This document shows positions 52,447 to 64,000 of a DNA stretch of 64,000 nt, in pieces. Under the pieces are notes generated by a model. That model searched no databases, had not been told where the DNA came from, and saw only the letters and a list, made by a program, of their open reading frames with translations. A program made the position numbers and the translations under genes. The stretch is from Psammoneis japonica. Lineage: Eukaryota. The number at the start of each line of letters is the position of its first letter. The stretch's first letter is position 1. The stretch lies in contig QPGO01000111.1 of NCBI GenBank assembly GCA_008632985.1, forward strand, positions 62,001 to 126,000. The letters run 5' to 3'.

Positions 52447-55400
52447 TGACAGAAATTGAAGGCAAATGGCAAGAATTCAAACAACAACTCCTTGCTGCTG
52501 TCCAAATAGCAGATGAGTCTCCGCTCAGAGACCGTTGCAGGAGCCGAAAGACGTGTAAGTCGGTGTGATCGGGCTACTGTTGTCATTCTTGTGAACCTTG
52601 TGGCTCGAAAGCACACTGCATCGCGCGTGAACGCGCGGAACTGAAGCACACAAAACTGTGCACGGTGACTAAACAGCGCGCGATGCTTCGCGCGCACCTG
52701 AATCCTGCTCAAATCCTGTCACTCCCCAGTTTGCTTGAGGAGCCACAGAAACAGATTCGACTTCGGATGGAATGAAGTTCCAGAACATGAGGGGGCGGAG
52801 AAGGTCCCAGATTTGGGACAACCCCAATGCTTGCTGAGAATGTCAGCAGGGTTGCGGGAGCCTTCGATGAAGTGGAGCTCAAGGCAGCCAGAGGCAATTG
52901 CCTCACGCGCATGGTGGAACGACAGCGCGGCATGTCGCTTGTGCAACTTGGAGTGCGGGATGGTGGCACTGTCTGCAACCGACTTGTTGTCACCGAACAT
53001 GCAGCTGACGTTGCGGATCGGGACGCCAAGGCAGCGCAGGGTGATGCGCAGGTCGACAATCTGCTCAACACAAGTCCTTGCGGCAACAAATTCAGACCCG
53101 CAGGTCGCAGTCTCCACGGTGGCTTGTTTCTCAGAGAACCAATCAGCCGGGAATTTGTTGAGGAAGTGGAGCATTCCCATGACAGAGCGCCCGGTGAGCA
53201 TGCAATGGCACAAGTTTGCATCGACGCAGTGGGTGGTGGCGACGAACTTGCCAAGGGGCGGTGGAGCGTCCTTCGGGATCATCTCTTCTGCTCCACCACA
53301 CACGGAATGCATCCACCCACAGGCCGGAGCAGGGAGATCCGAATGGCCGGGCTCTTCCGTGCGACGCGGAGAGCACCGTGTCGCATCTTGGAGAGGTGCC
53401 CACAGACGCGCTTGGCACGATCCAAGTGGCCTTGACGGGGCGCAGCTCGGAAGCTGGAGAGTGACATGACGGCCGCGGCAATGTCAGCTCGACCAAGGGA
53501 CACTGCCCATTGGAGTGAACCAACAAGAGACTGGAACTTGTGATGCCATCGGGTCCCAGCAGTTCGGAAGTGTCCAGCTCGGGGTGGTCACCCTTCTCTA
53601 GAGGTGACAGGGCGTTGGTGGTGGGTTTCTCCCCAAACAGTCGGGCACAGCTGTCAACCATGCGCTCGATGTGCTTGCGCGGAGACAGGCACAAGGTTCC
53701 GTCGGGTTCCCGGGAAAAGTCGCAACCCAGATGGAACTCAATGGGTCCCGCACCCTTGAGCTTGAACTTGTGCTTTTCCGTGAGGGTGTCGACGAAAGAT
53801 TGAGGGTCCTTCATGGCAATGGCCAGGTCATCCACACAAACGGCAATGTGTTCACAGTGGTCGCCGTTCCTGCGCATCCAAATGTCGGGTTCGGCGCGGC
53901 AGGGGAAGAAGCCTTCAGCTCGCAGGCAGTCGGCGAAGCGCTCGTGCCAGCGGAGACCGGAGCTGCGCAGTCCATGCAGTGCCTTGTGGATGACAAGGAT
54001 GTGTCCTTCGAGTTTGCCGAACTCGGGTCCAGCTGCAATGTAAAGCTTCTCCTTGGTGGTGGCTTCAAGGTGGGCATTGCCAATGTCGGTGGCCCATGTC
54101 TCCAACTCGTTGAGTTCGGCCAGGAAAATCATCAGCCGAAGGCCACGGAGGGAGACTGCTCCGGAGTGGACACTGTCGACAGGTGCGTCCGTGAGGTGCC
54201 CGTCGGCTGCGAGTCGTGCCTTGTGGCGACCGTCGTGTTTCACGTCGCACACCAGGTGCACTCGGATCTTCTTGTGTCCCGCAGGAGGAGTGGAAGACTT
54301 GAAGGGCCCGCAGTCATGGAAGACTTCGCATTCGTCGAGTTGGTCCATCTCGAGATTAGTTGCGTCTCCCCACTTGCGGTTGCCGTTGCGTTCGTCTGGT
54401 GACATGGCGTGTTTGCAGTTCCGGGGAACTTCGCATCCATGCTTGCAGCGAGGTGCAGTGCGGAAGGAGCGAAGCTTGGCTTGGTTGGCCATGCGAAACA
54501 GCTTCTTTTGGCGCCTCGCGATGGTGCGGAACCGCTTCCAGCCATCCGTGTCGAGGAGTCCGATCTCTCGTGCATGGATGGCACAGGTGACGGGGTCGTC
54601 CTTGGCGATGATGGCAAGAGGCTCGGACGTGATCTCCCCACTTTCCCATTCAAGCATGATGTTGTAGCTGGAGCCTTTCCAGGTTGGGTCGTGAGGCTTC
54701 AGAGGTCCTTCGTGTGACACGATGCGTCGAAATTTCCAAACAGTGGTGTCTTCGTCTTCTTGCTCAATGTGATTCATGATGTCATTGCAGGCAAGGACTT
54801 CCTCGCATTCGTCATTGTTGACAGAGCAGACGAACTCAGTGAGCTCGGGATTGCCGTTCACTTTCCATTCGTGGTCTTCGACGGCCTTGACGATGCGAGC
54901 TCTGTGGCGTTGTCCGTCCTCTTGTGGCTGCATGAGGAAGGTGCGTCCAATGATGTCTTGCGGATCGAAAACTGGCATCTTGGGTGTCCTGATCTCCCCA
55001 TCAGGAGAGTCGACGGGGTTGTCGTCATGGCGAGATTTGATGATGGGTTCAGGTGGCTCCCCATCAGGAGGATCAAGACGCAGGTTTCGGACAGCAGGAT
55101 CGGGGGTGGCGGAGCGGACGTTGGACCGGCAGAGGATTTTCTGATTCTCGTCAGATAGAATCTTGAAGGTCATCTGGTGGCCGACGTGCTCAGCAATGCC
55201 AACGAAGCGTCCACGCAACTCACGGGATTCGGACGGCCAATCGGAGTCATCGAGGTGGAAGCACACGGGTTCCCACCAGTGAAAGCGAAGCAATGGGCTG
55301 ATGTCCGGGGTGGAGCCAGTGAGAGTCTCAAGGGGCGTGCGCCAGTGGAGACGTGGGGACGCTGTGTGGTTGAGCATGAAGCACACGCACATGAGCGCCA

Positions 55401-58400
55401 GCAGCCATGCATGGGCGGGCGAACCAAAACGATCCATGACAGTGTTCGCCATGCGCTTCACGGTCTGGCATCGACGCTCGGCAAAGTTTTGGTGTTGCTG
55501 GTGAGGCTCACTTTGCCAGCTAGAGATGAAGAGGGCGCGCAGGAGCCCGAGCACTTTGTTGCTGATCTCAACTTGAGCACGGTTGCTGATGAGTTTGGAT
55601 GGGGCACCACGTTCACGGATCTGATCCTCGAGTGTGTTGACAAACTCTTTGTCCGTCTTGGTGCCACAGACGTCAGTGACGGTAGACTCGGTGCCAACAA
55701 ACAGTTGGGCGCTGGTGCAACCAGAGTCAACGGCCGGGGTGTCGGCACAAACGGTGTCAGTGGCGATGGGCTCGTTGCGGCGGTGCACATTAAGGGCGGG
55801 GTTGGGTGATTTGCAGGCCTTGCGAAGGTGTGTACCGGCGGGCATGCGGGCGCACTGCGTGGTGCAGTCAAAAGTGCGACGGACCGCATCGGCAGGTGGG
55901 AAGCCAAAGCAAGGCCGAAGAGACTCGAAGGGGGGGTCCTTGGGCTGTGCAGTGCGCTCCGGAGGTGGAACATCATCGCCCTGGGGGCCAATCGCATGCA
56001 GATGACACTCGTAGAACACGTCGTCGTTCGGAATGAGGTGATCATCGAGGGCGGACGCGTGATCGGCAGACAAGGAAGCGGACATGATGGTCTCGTTGAC
56101 AACGACACGATGACGGCAGTTGCCGCATTCGTCAAATGGGTTGGCAGTGGGATCGTCCTGCAGGTCAGAGATCGCATCGCACCACTGGTCGTCGTCAGTG
56201 ACAGAGTGATCGAGGACGGAAGGGTCCCATGTGTCATCACCGGTGAGGATGACATGGGGCAGGGTGTCCCATTCGGCGTCAGTGCAAGGTCGCATGGCAA
56301 CATGAGGCAGGCCAGCCTTGATGTCAATGGGGATGACACAGCCATCAGGAGTGGCAGTGCGTTGCAAGCCGTTGGGCACCTTGACAGAGCGATCGTTGAC
56401 ATCCTGTTTGTGCCATTCGAGCTGGCCGCAGGAATGGATGGTCTTGCCCTTGCCCGTGCATGCGTGCTGATGGAGTGTGGCGATGACGGGACCACGCTGG
56501 GTCTCAATGACGGCACCAGCGGTGACAATGGGGATGTCCACCAATTGATGATCGTCAATGCCCTGAACGTCGACTTGGCGAGAGGTGCGTGCAATGACGC
56601 GAACGTCGTCGCCAGCAATGCCGCCGTTGGCCCCACGATCGACTAGAGCACCAGTGCGTGTGGAGCGATGAGCAGAAGCAGAGCAAATGACATTGTGGTT
56701 GTCAACGCGGCGGTAAGTGCGACCGTCAAGTTCCATGTCATCTGCAGAAGCTGGCGGGGTAGAGGAAGCGGCGGATGGCCCCGGTCGACTGGCATTGGGG
56801 GCTTGGTTAGGAGACAACAGACGTTGCAGATCACCGGGTGGCAGTGGCTTGTGCTTGGTGAGGTGCGCCAGGATGGGATTGTCCGAAGTGGCGTCCACAT
56901 GTGGAGCGGAGTCACCAGAGTCAGCAGGAGTCGTGTTGGACAAGTTGACATCACCGTCACTCCCAAGGCGTTGGTCGTGAAGGTTGGCCGTAACAGACTC
57001 ATGGCAGTTGCTGGCTCGCGGGTTGCGGGGAGGTGGACGAGAATGCTCAAGGATGATCGCCTTGGAGGAATCGGGCAACGAATCCCAGAGCCGTTGGTGG
57101 TCGGGAGGGAGACGTCTCCATTGGACACCGGCGAGGCTGGGACCGCGGGTGCAGGCAGCATTGGCTTGAAGGACGTCAACGTCGCTGTCAATGTCGTAGA
57201 ACACATCGTCGGACGGTTCCTCGGAGTGGACGTCGTGTGCGCACATGGCGCGTCGGGGAGCTCGAGGTGTCGTCTTGGGTTGAAACGTGCTGTCGTGCTG
57301 AGCTGCGGCGGAGAGGAGCAAGCCACAGCATTGATCGTATGTGAGGCTCTTGCCACTCTGCGCACGATGCTGATCAGCTTGGTTCTTGACAGCACGGAGT
57401 TCCTCGACAGGGTGCACGGCATTCTCGAGCATGACGCGCTTCTGTCCTTCAGAGAAGTGGTCACTGGCCGGGATGAGTGCCTCGCACTTGCGCAACTGAT
57501 CTTGCCAATGAAGGATGAACCCGTGGGTCGGACCTTTCCAAGTGCCATCACCAAGACGCGCGGTGGTGAGGTGCGTGAGCAGGGTGGAGGACTCGACAGA
57601 TGCGCGGGTGGAGGCAAGCGCGCACTCAGACAAGGAGCGGCAGACGGTCTGTGCATCAGAAGACCCCACATTTTCGCGAATGAGAGCCTTGCCCTTGTCG
57701 GTGAGAAGGATGCGTTCGAAGACGGCGAACATGCACTTTTGCTGTTCAGCAAAGAGCAGTTTGTCTTCGGGGCTGGTCGGTTTGTACGACGAGTCTAGAA
57801 TGCACTCGACGTCTTGGGCACGGGCTTGTGCCACAAGTGAGGTGTGCCAAGTGTGCCACTGCTTGTCGGATTTGAGAGCCGTGAAAGCGGTGGGATCACG
57901 CTTGATGCCTCGCTTGAAGTCCCGCACCGGGTCGCGTGCCTTGGTCGGGTTGGTGACATGTGGAGGTGCAAGGGGTGAGCTGCCGATGGACACAGAAGAC
58001 ATGCAGTCGGGGCTGAGGCGGCAGGCAAGGAACTCGTCATGCGTGAACAAAGAGGAGTCGTTGGCAACGTCAAGACCTTTGTGTGCTTTGACAATGTGCA
58101 GACTGACCAGTGCTGCTAACATGTTCTTACAACCATGGGGCAAAGGGATTGCATTGGTGCCGTTGTCGTGCTCAAGCGAGTCGATTTGGGACGGTGTGAA
58201 CGTGAATGGTTCCTGATGCGAGTCCGTGCCGTCTTGGGCCAAAGCCAAACGAAGAGGACTCCCAGCACCTTGGGCAAGCACGGTTCCAACCACGTGCTCA
58301 AAAACCATCGGTTTGTTGCTGACGAGTGAGAACCATGGCAGACAAAGGTGGTGTCAGGACAATCAATTCTGGTTGGGAAGCGAAGGTGGACTCGAAACTT

Positions 58401-59554
58401 GGGTGAGAACAGACTTGACTTGAAATGGACTTGACTTGAAATCTTGAACTGTCTTAAAATCAGAAGTCGCCGGGCTTTGTCATCCCGTTCGTTGTTGAGT
58501 GCTAAACTTCCTGTCCGGTCCGTAGAGTTGTGCCGGCACGTCCGAACCCGCAGCCAGTGGCGCTTTGGGTTGCTTACGAGCGGAGTAGCGGGTTGTAAAC
58601 CCCTGCAGGCAAGCTGACTAGAGGTGGACAAGACCCCCGAACCGTTCTTGTTTTATGTCGGTTGGATTTCCCGATCAGGCTGGCCAGCTGATGCAGGCGT
58701 CAGGCGCTGTGGACGAACGAACAAACGCGGGAAAGCACCCTCGCCCCAACGCAGGCTGTGATCACGGCCACCTGCTCTCACAGTCGTCCTCGTGGACCTA
58801 GCAGAACTGTAGAGCACCAGCAGTCCGGGGTGGATCAGGTGCAATGGACTCGGTGTGCTTGCAGAGTGGCAGCAAAACCGAAGTCCGAAGAGTGGATAAA
58901 GGTTCTTGGCCGTGAAGACATGCACATGTACACACATGTCTTCAGCGACGAAGATCCTTGAACATGCAGGGTTCTTGACCGTTAACCGAGGAACAGGCAC
59001 ATCAAGGGATGTTGATCAAGGATGGGACTTGGACATGACCGTTGAATGTAAGTCTTCAGCGATCAAAGGCAGCACAATCAATCCAGATATCCAGCGGTAA
59101 GGAGACTTGACGGTGACGTTAACTTCCTGCCGATGCCCTGGTGTTGAATGCGCGTAGACTTGCCGATGTATGTAGAACACACACGGAGGTCCACGTAGAA
59201 TTGAAATAGCGTCGTTGGTAAATCAACGACGACGATGGCGGTTGCTCAATGGGTTGACAATGAGCAAGACTGTTAATCTGACAGAAATTGAAGGCAAATG
59301 GCAAGAATTCAAACAATGACTCCTTGCTGCTGTCCAAATGGCAGATGAGTCTCCGCTCAGAGACCGTTGCAGGAGCCGAAAGACGTGCAAGTCGGCACAA
59401 TCGGGCCACTGTTGTCATTCTTGTGAGCCTTGTGGCTCGAAAGCAAACTACATCGCGCGTGAACGCGCGGAACTAAAGCACACAAAACTGTGCACGGTAA
59501 ACTAAACAGCGCGCGATGCTTCGCGCGCACCTGAATCCTGTTCAAATCCTGTCA
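52447..59554 (-). mobile_element. Full-length Ty1/Copia (CoDi-like) LTR retrotransposon
   Basis: ~275-bp LTRs at 52447-52721 and 59279-59554, PPT actggggag adjacent to 52721, domain order gag-PR-IN-RT-RH, ~1 kb 5' leader. Confidence 0.95.
52719..58336 (-). pseudogene. Copia Gag-Pol polyprotein (hypermutated; frameshifts near 58310, 53540, 53330)
   Basis: LVDRGANGG (PR), EPHQQHQNFAER (IN), DVKHDGRHKARL, DIGNAHLEA, KALHGLRSSG, AVCVDD (RT; YVDD>CVDD), VDANL, ETATCGSEF, NPADILSK (RH). Confidence 0.93.
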
Positions 59555-59559
59555 GGCAA

Positions 59560-62500
59560 TGCTGCACCTGTCCCACTTGTGCTTTGCAACCATCAAGACA
59601 AACCATGCACAGCTGAATCCCAATGTCATTGCAGCACTGCACACAATCCTTCATGGGTTCATGGACAAGTTGGGGTCATCTCGCAGCAGCGCCAACATGT
59701 CGTTGCATTGGAAGCGGCAGCATTTTGGTCATGGCAACATGGTTTTGTTCCACTTGTTTGTGCAAGTGCTGTTGGGGTCATGTCATTCCCACCTGATGAC
59801 ACATTGTTTCCTCATGGACATTTGCTTGTTGTCACTTGCCAGAGGACACAGACAAATCATTTCAAACAACTTCAAACACTTTGAACAATCTCTTGGGCAA
59901 TGTGAAGGGCAACAGAGACAGAAACCTCCAAATGTTTGAAGCTTTTGTCCATCCCACACAATGTCCATGTGGAGACACATTGACAGGAATTGGGAATCTT
60001 CCACTTCTTTTTCAAACCTTTGATGTTTCCTGGATCACCCATGAGCACAATTGATGGAAAAAGGAGGGGAGCAGCAGAGCAAGGTGCCAGGCATGTGGCT
60101 GTGGTGCAGCAGCTGCCATTGAGCATTGGCCCTCTGGCTGACTGTTGACACAATCAGAAAGAAGTGCCCAACAGACAAGTGCCAGCTGCTGCAGCATGTC
60201 TCTGGAGGTCTCTGGAACATTCTTTTGATTTGTTGGTGCAACTTGAGTTGCGGCGTGCAGCTCAAAGTCAAGGGGAGGGGGAACAGGGGGGGGCAAGAAA
60301 TGGCGCACTGGTGCACAGAAGACACAGGAGCAGCAAGGCATCTGCAGGAACCACAGCTTTTGCTGTTGAAAAAACAAAAGATTTGCATTCTTGGACAGTG
60401 CCATGGTTGCCATGAATTGCAAGTTTTTGGAAGGAAGTTTGAGTGCCACACAAGTTGCATCATGTGAAAAGGTGAAGTCTGGTCACAAAAATTCTTGCAC
60501 AGAAAGAAGCACAAAGTGAAAAGCAAAGAGGAGGGTCTTGCAGGATGAGCTGGTTGTTTGTTTTGCAGTGGGCTCAATTTTGACATTCAAGCAGTTGAGA
60601 GAAGCAAACTCCAGGTGCAGTTTTGACATGAAATGGCCAGCTTCTCAAAGATTTTCTTTCACCCAGTTTGTGCTGTGGCACAGGTGCCGTGTGGACAGCA
60701 GCTGCAGCTTGGGGGGCAGCGACAGGTGGCAATCCAGACACACCAGCTTGCTGTTTTGAAAAAGCTGCAGTTGCAACCCAACAAAGCCAGACAGCAGTTC
60801 CCAGAAGCAAACCTCTTGCATGAAGTTGGGCTGTTGCCACTGAGATGCTTTTGGATGTGAGGAAGGGAAACAAGAGAGCTCATTTCCAGCTGCTGGCTGG
60901 GCTGGATGTTTGTGAGTAAAAGCAGGCATCATGCTGCAGCTGGCACAAGCAAAGTCACTGGAGATGACTCAAACTGGGGTCACGTGCATCATGATGTTGA
61001 AAAAGGGGAGCAGGAGCATTGGATCAAAAGGAAACAGAAAAGGCACTGCAAAGGCAAGGGCACCCCCACTGAGGTTCTGAAAAGCATGCCAAATTTGCAA
61101 CCCAGTTGCCCAGCAGCATCCCTGTGAAAGAGTTTTGTTGTTGCTGCATTTCTGTCTTGCACTCATCATCCAAGTTCAGGAGTGTAAATTGGTGAATTGG
61201 AGAAGCTGATGATTTGATCAAGGTGCTGAAGCAACACAAAAGGTTGAGTGTGTGCAGGGCAGCAAGCCACATTGCAAGCCTGTGCAAGTTAAAATCACAC
61301 ACAGATGAGCCATGGTGAGGCACTGAAAAGAGTGACAAAACAAGCTGGTGGGGGGACAAACTGTGAAGCATGCTCATGGTGTGCAAGCACAAAGCTCTTT
61401 TTCAGCATGCTGCATTTTTTAGGCACTGGCCAGAGGGCTGCAGCCAACTCTCTTTTCAACCAGGTTTCAGTGCTTCTGTCTCTTGATGTCTCAGTCTTTG
61501 CTTCTCATGAAGTGTGATGAGGGTTCCAATGCAATGACATGGAGTTGTCATGTGTTGGGGCCCCACAATCCATGGCACAGAGATTTGGGGACAACATGAA
61601 ATGAGTGTGCATGACATCATTGATCAAAACAGAGTTGCGCTTGGGGTGCATTTCTCTTTCATTGGCACCAGCACAAAAGGATGATGATGAGCAAAGGAAG
61701 CAGCTGAGGTGCACCCCAGACATTGCCTTCTTCCAAACCATCACAATGTTCCCACTCAGCACTGTCACTTGGGCTTCAGAGTTGGGGCCTGGCAGCTGTG
61801 ATGTGACTCCATCTTGAGCTGCTTGCAAGCAGTGACTTCACAGACACAGCAGCAGTGAGGGCCTGGAGGCAGCTCAATGAGAGTGGATGACAAAAGCAGA
61901 CATCAGAAGACATGTTGCACATGCTCACAGAACAGCTCAATTGGGGACCAATGAGCAACCTCTGATCAAAAACAACCTTGCTCAGCAGCAAATGTCAGTT
62001 TCAAGGGTTTGAAGCAGCAGCAGCAAATGCTCCAGTCTAGGTGCTGCATGCACCACAGATTCTTTGGTGGAAAGACAGAACGAACCAGTGCTTGTGCTCT
62101 CTGTGCATCTAAAAAAAACTTGCTGAGCAAAGGCAGGCAAGACAAAGGCTGCATCATGCACCTTGGGCACATGATGCCTCAGCTGCCTTTGAACTTTGGC
62201 GCCGGGCATGTGCACTGGTTTCTTGCACCCCTCCCATCCCTTGGTGGTGAGAACAAAACCAACTTGACCTGACAGACAAGCTGGAATGGTGCTGTGCCAG
62301 CACAAGCATGCCTGAGATTGGTGTGGAGGTGGAGGATGTGGATTGAATCAAGAGATGAATCAAATTGACATGAAGTCACATGCACTCACCTTGTGCACAG
62401 ACAATGCTGTCCTTGTGTGGACACCAAGACTTGTTTGGGATTCACTTGGTGACTTGAATGACGCCATCCAACACCAAGAAATTGCTGCAATGGGTGGATT

Positions 62501-64000
62501 GAAAACACAAGTGCATCTTGAAACTTGGAGTGGCTGTGGTGCAAGACCTTTTTGACTTGCTTGCAATGCCAGCTGCACTGGAAATGTGTTCATTCTCACC
62601 TCTTCTTGCTCATGAAGCCAGCCATCAATGACAAGATCCGCGCCACTGTGTCAGGATGCAAGCATGAAGAAGAAACAAAACAGCAAGGAAACAAGCTCAC
62701 ATGCATCCTCAGAGCATGCTTTGACTGCCAACTCTGCTTGATGCTGACTGTGGCATGGCATCTGACAACTTGCTTTGGGCCCACGGGAGGATCAGAGCTT
62801 TTGGTGCTGCACGTGGTTGTTGTTGTTGGATTGCAGTTGCTGTGTTGTTGCCTTTGACATTGGCACCTCCATGCCACAAAAGATGTGACAAACTCTTTTA
62901 GAAACTTGAAACACAAGACTGGTGGGGGATGTCTCCAGCCAGCTGCTGGCTGAAAAAATCTGCCTGTCAATGCATTTGATGACAGACTCTTCCAGCACCA
63001 ATTCTGCACACAAAATTCTTCAGCCAGCAGCTGGCTGGAGACTTCCTCCAAGACAGAGGATCCAGTGATGCAGCTTTGAAGAAGCCCTGCCACATCAAAA
63101 GAAACATGGCGACTCCAAAATTCAAACAGTGAAATGTCTTTGGCCTGTTGGGGGCAAAGGTGCTGGTGGTGGAAGTCTGTGGATTCCCATGGGGATGCTC
63201 AGAGAACATCAGTGCTTTGGTGATTGCACCATGACGATGTGCGATGGAGTGTCAAAAATCAAGAAAAACAGTTGGTGCCACAGCGCTGCAAATTGCTGAG
63301 CAATTGCATGATTCACTGCCTGAAGGTCAAGTGTCATTGCCTGGAGCAACATTCTCCCTTCGTGCAGATGTCCATTCTGCATGGCACATGGCATTGAAAA
63401 TCTCATTGCAGCTGCATGAGGCACAGTCCAGGCAATTTCATCAAATGACCTCTTTGGTGCACTGTGCTGTGTGATCTACACACATCGGACATTCTTGAAT
63501 GCTGGTGCATTTTCTGCAGTCTCCACATGCATGAAGCTCAAATTTTGTGCCTGAAGGAACAACCACCCCCTTTGGGCACGCAAATCACACAATTGTTCAG
63601 CAATTTGTGTTGAGCATTTAAACACCCCACATCACAGAAAGCTGCGCACAGGCAGATGCGTGTCACACTCATTTTCATTTTTCTGGGGATTTTGCCAGTT
63701 GCCCATCTGCCCAAAATCAACCACTGTCAGACCAAGCCCTTCAGCTTCTGTGGTGCTTTTGCAATGACAAGAGCACAAATGCAAAAATTGCCAATGGCAA
63801 AACTGGCACTCATCTCTGTGATGCTCATTTTGAAGACAATCAGCTCCACACCACCAACAACCCCAATCTTGTGACTGACATGCGTCATGACATTGTGGTG
63901 AGAAATTTCATTGTGTTCAGTTGTGTTTGTGCACCACATGGTGCAGCATCATGTTTTGATGTTTTTTGGGGTGTCACCTGTCCTTGTTTTGCTCACAGTC
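59560..64000. other. TpA- and CpG-depleted degenerate domain, contiguous with 50000-51729 before the TRIM/Copia insertion
   Basis: Almost no TA and little CG. Shared GGCAA TSD at 51725-51729 and 59555-59559. No recognisable domains. Confidence 0.75.

Noticed and set aside
53143..58308. Alternative genetic code or RNA editing as the explanation for Tyr>Cys/His
   Set aside because: Host genes in the window use Tyr codons normally, non-coding DNA is equally affected, and changes occur on both strands and differ between LTRs.

Overview
Eukaryotic genomic DNA, probably from a diatom. This is an inference from the short GT-AG introns, the diatom-type Copia/Gypsy/tyrosine-recombinase elements and the hybrid histidine kinase. 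Two gene islands have normal base composition. ~20.85-28.75 kb holds an H+-translocating pyrophosphatase and a GAF-HisKA-HATPase-REC kinase with a 1,091-bp tandem 3' duplicate. ~38.1-43.9 kb holds SnoaL-like, SAM/glycine-zipper, kinase-like and unknown genes. The islands sit in transposon-rich DNA: a full-length Gypsy nested in a Copia relic, a full-length Copia joined to a tRNA-bearing TRIM inside one TSD, an internally deleted Helitron, a split-direct-repeat YR element and old relics. The main signal is that TpA is almost erased in the repeat domains and replaced by TpG/CpA (A:T>G:C at TpA, on both strands). LTR pairs and a tandem segmental duplication show this happened in place after insertion, precedes CpG decay, turns Tyr codons into Cys/His, and spreads as a gradient into neighbouring host-gene copies. 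It looks like a repeat-domain hypermutation system running opposite to fungal RIP. All alignments and counts were done by eye; no database searches were run.
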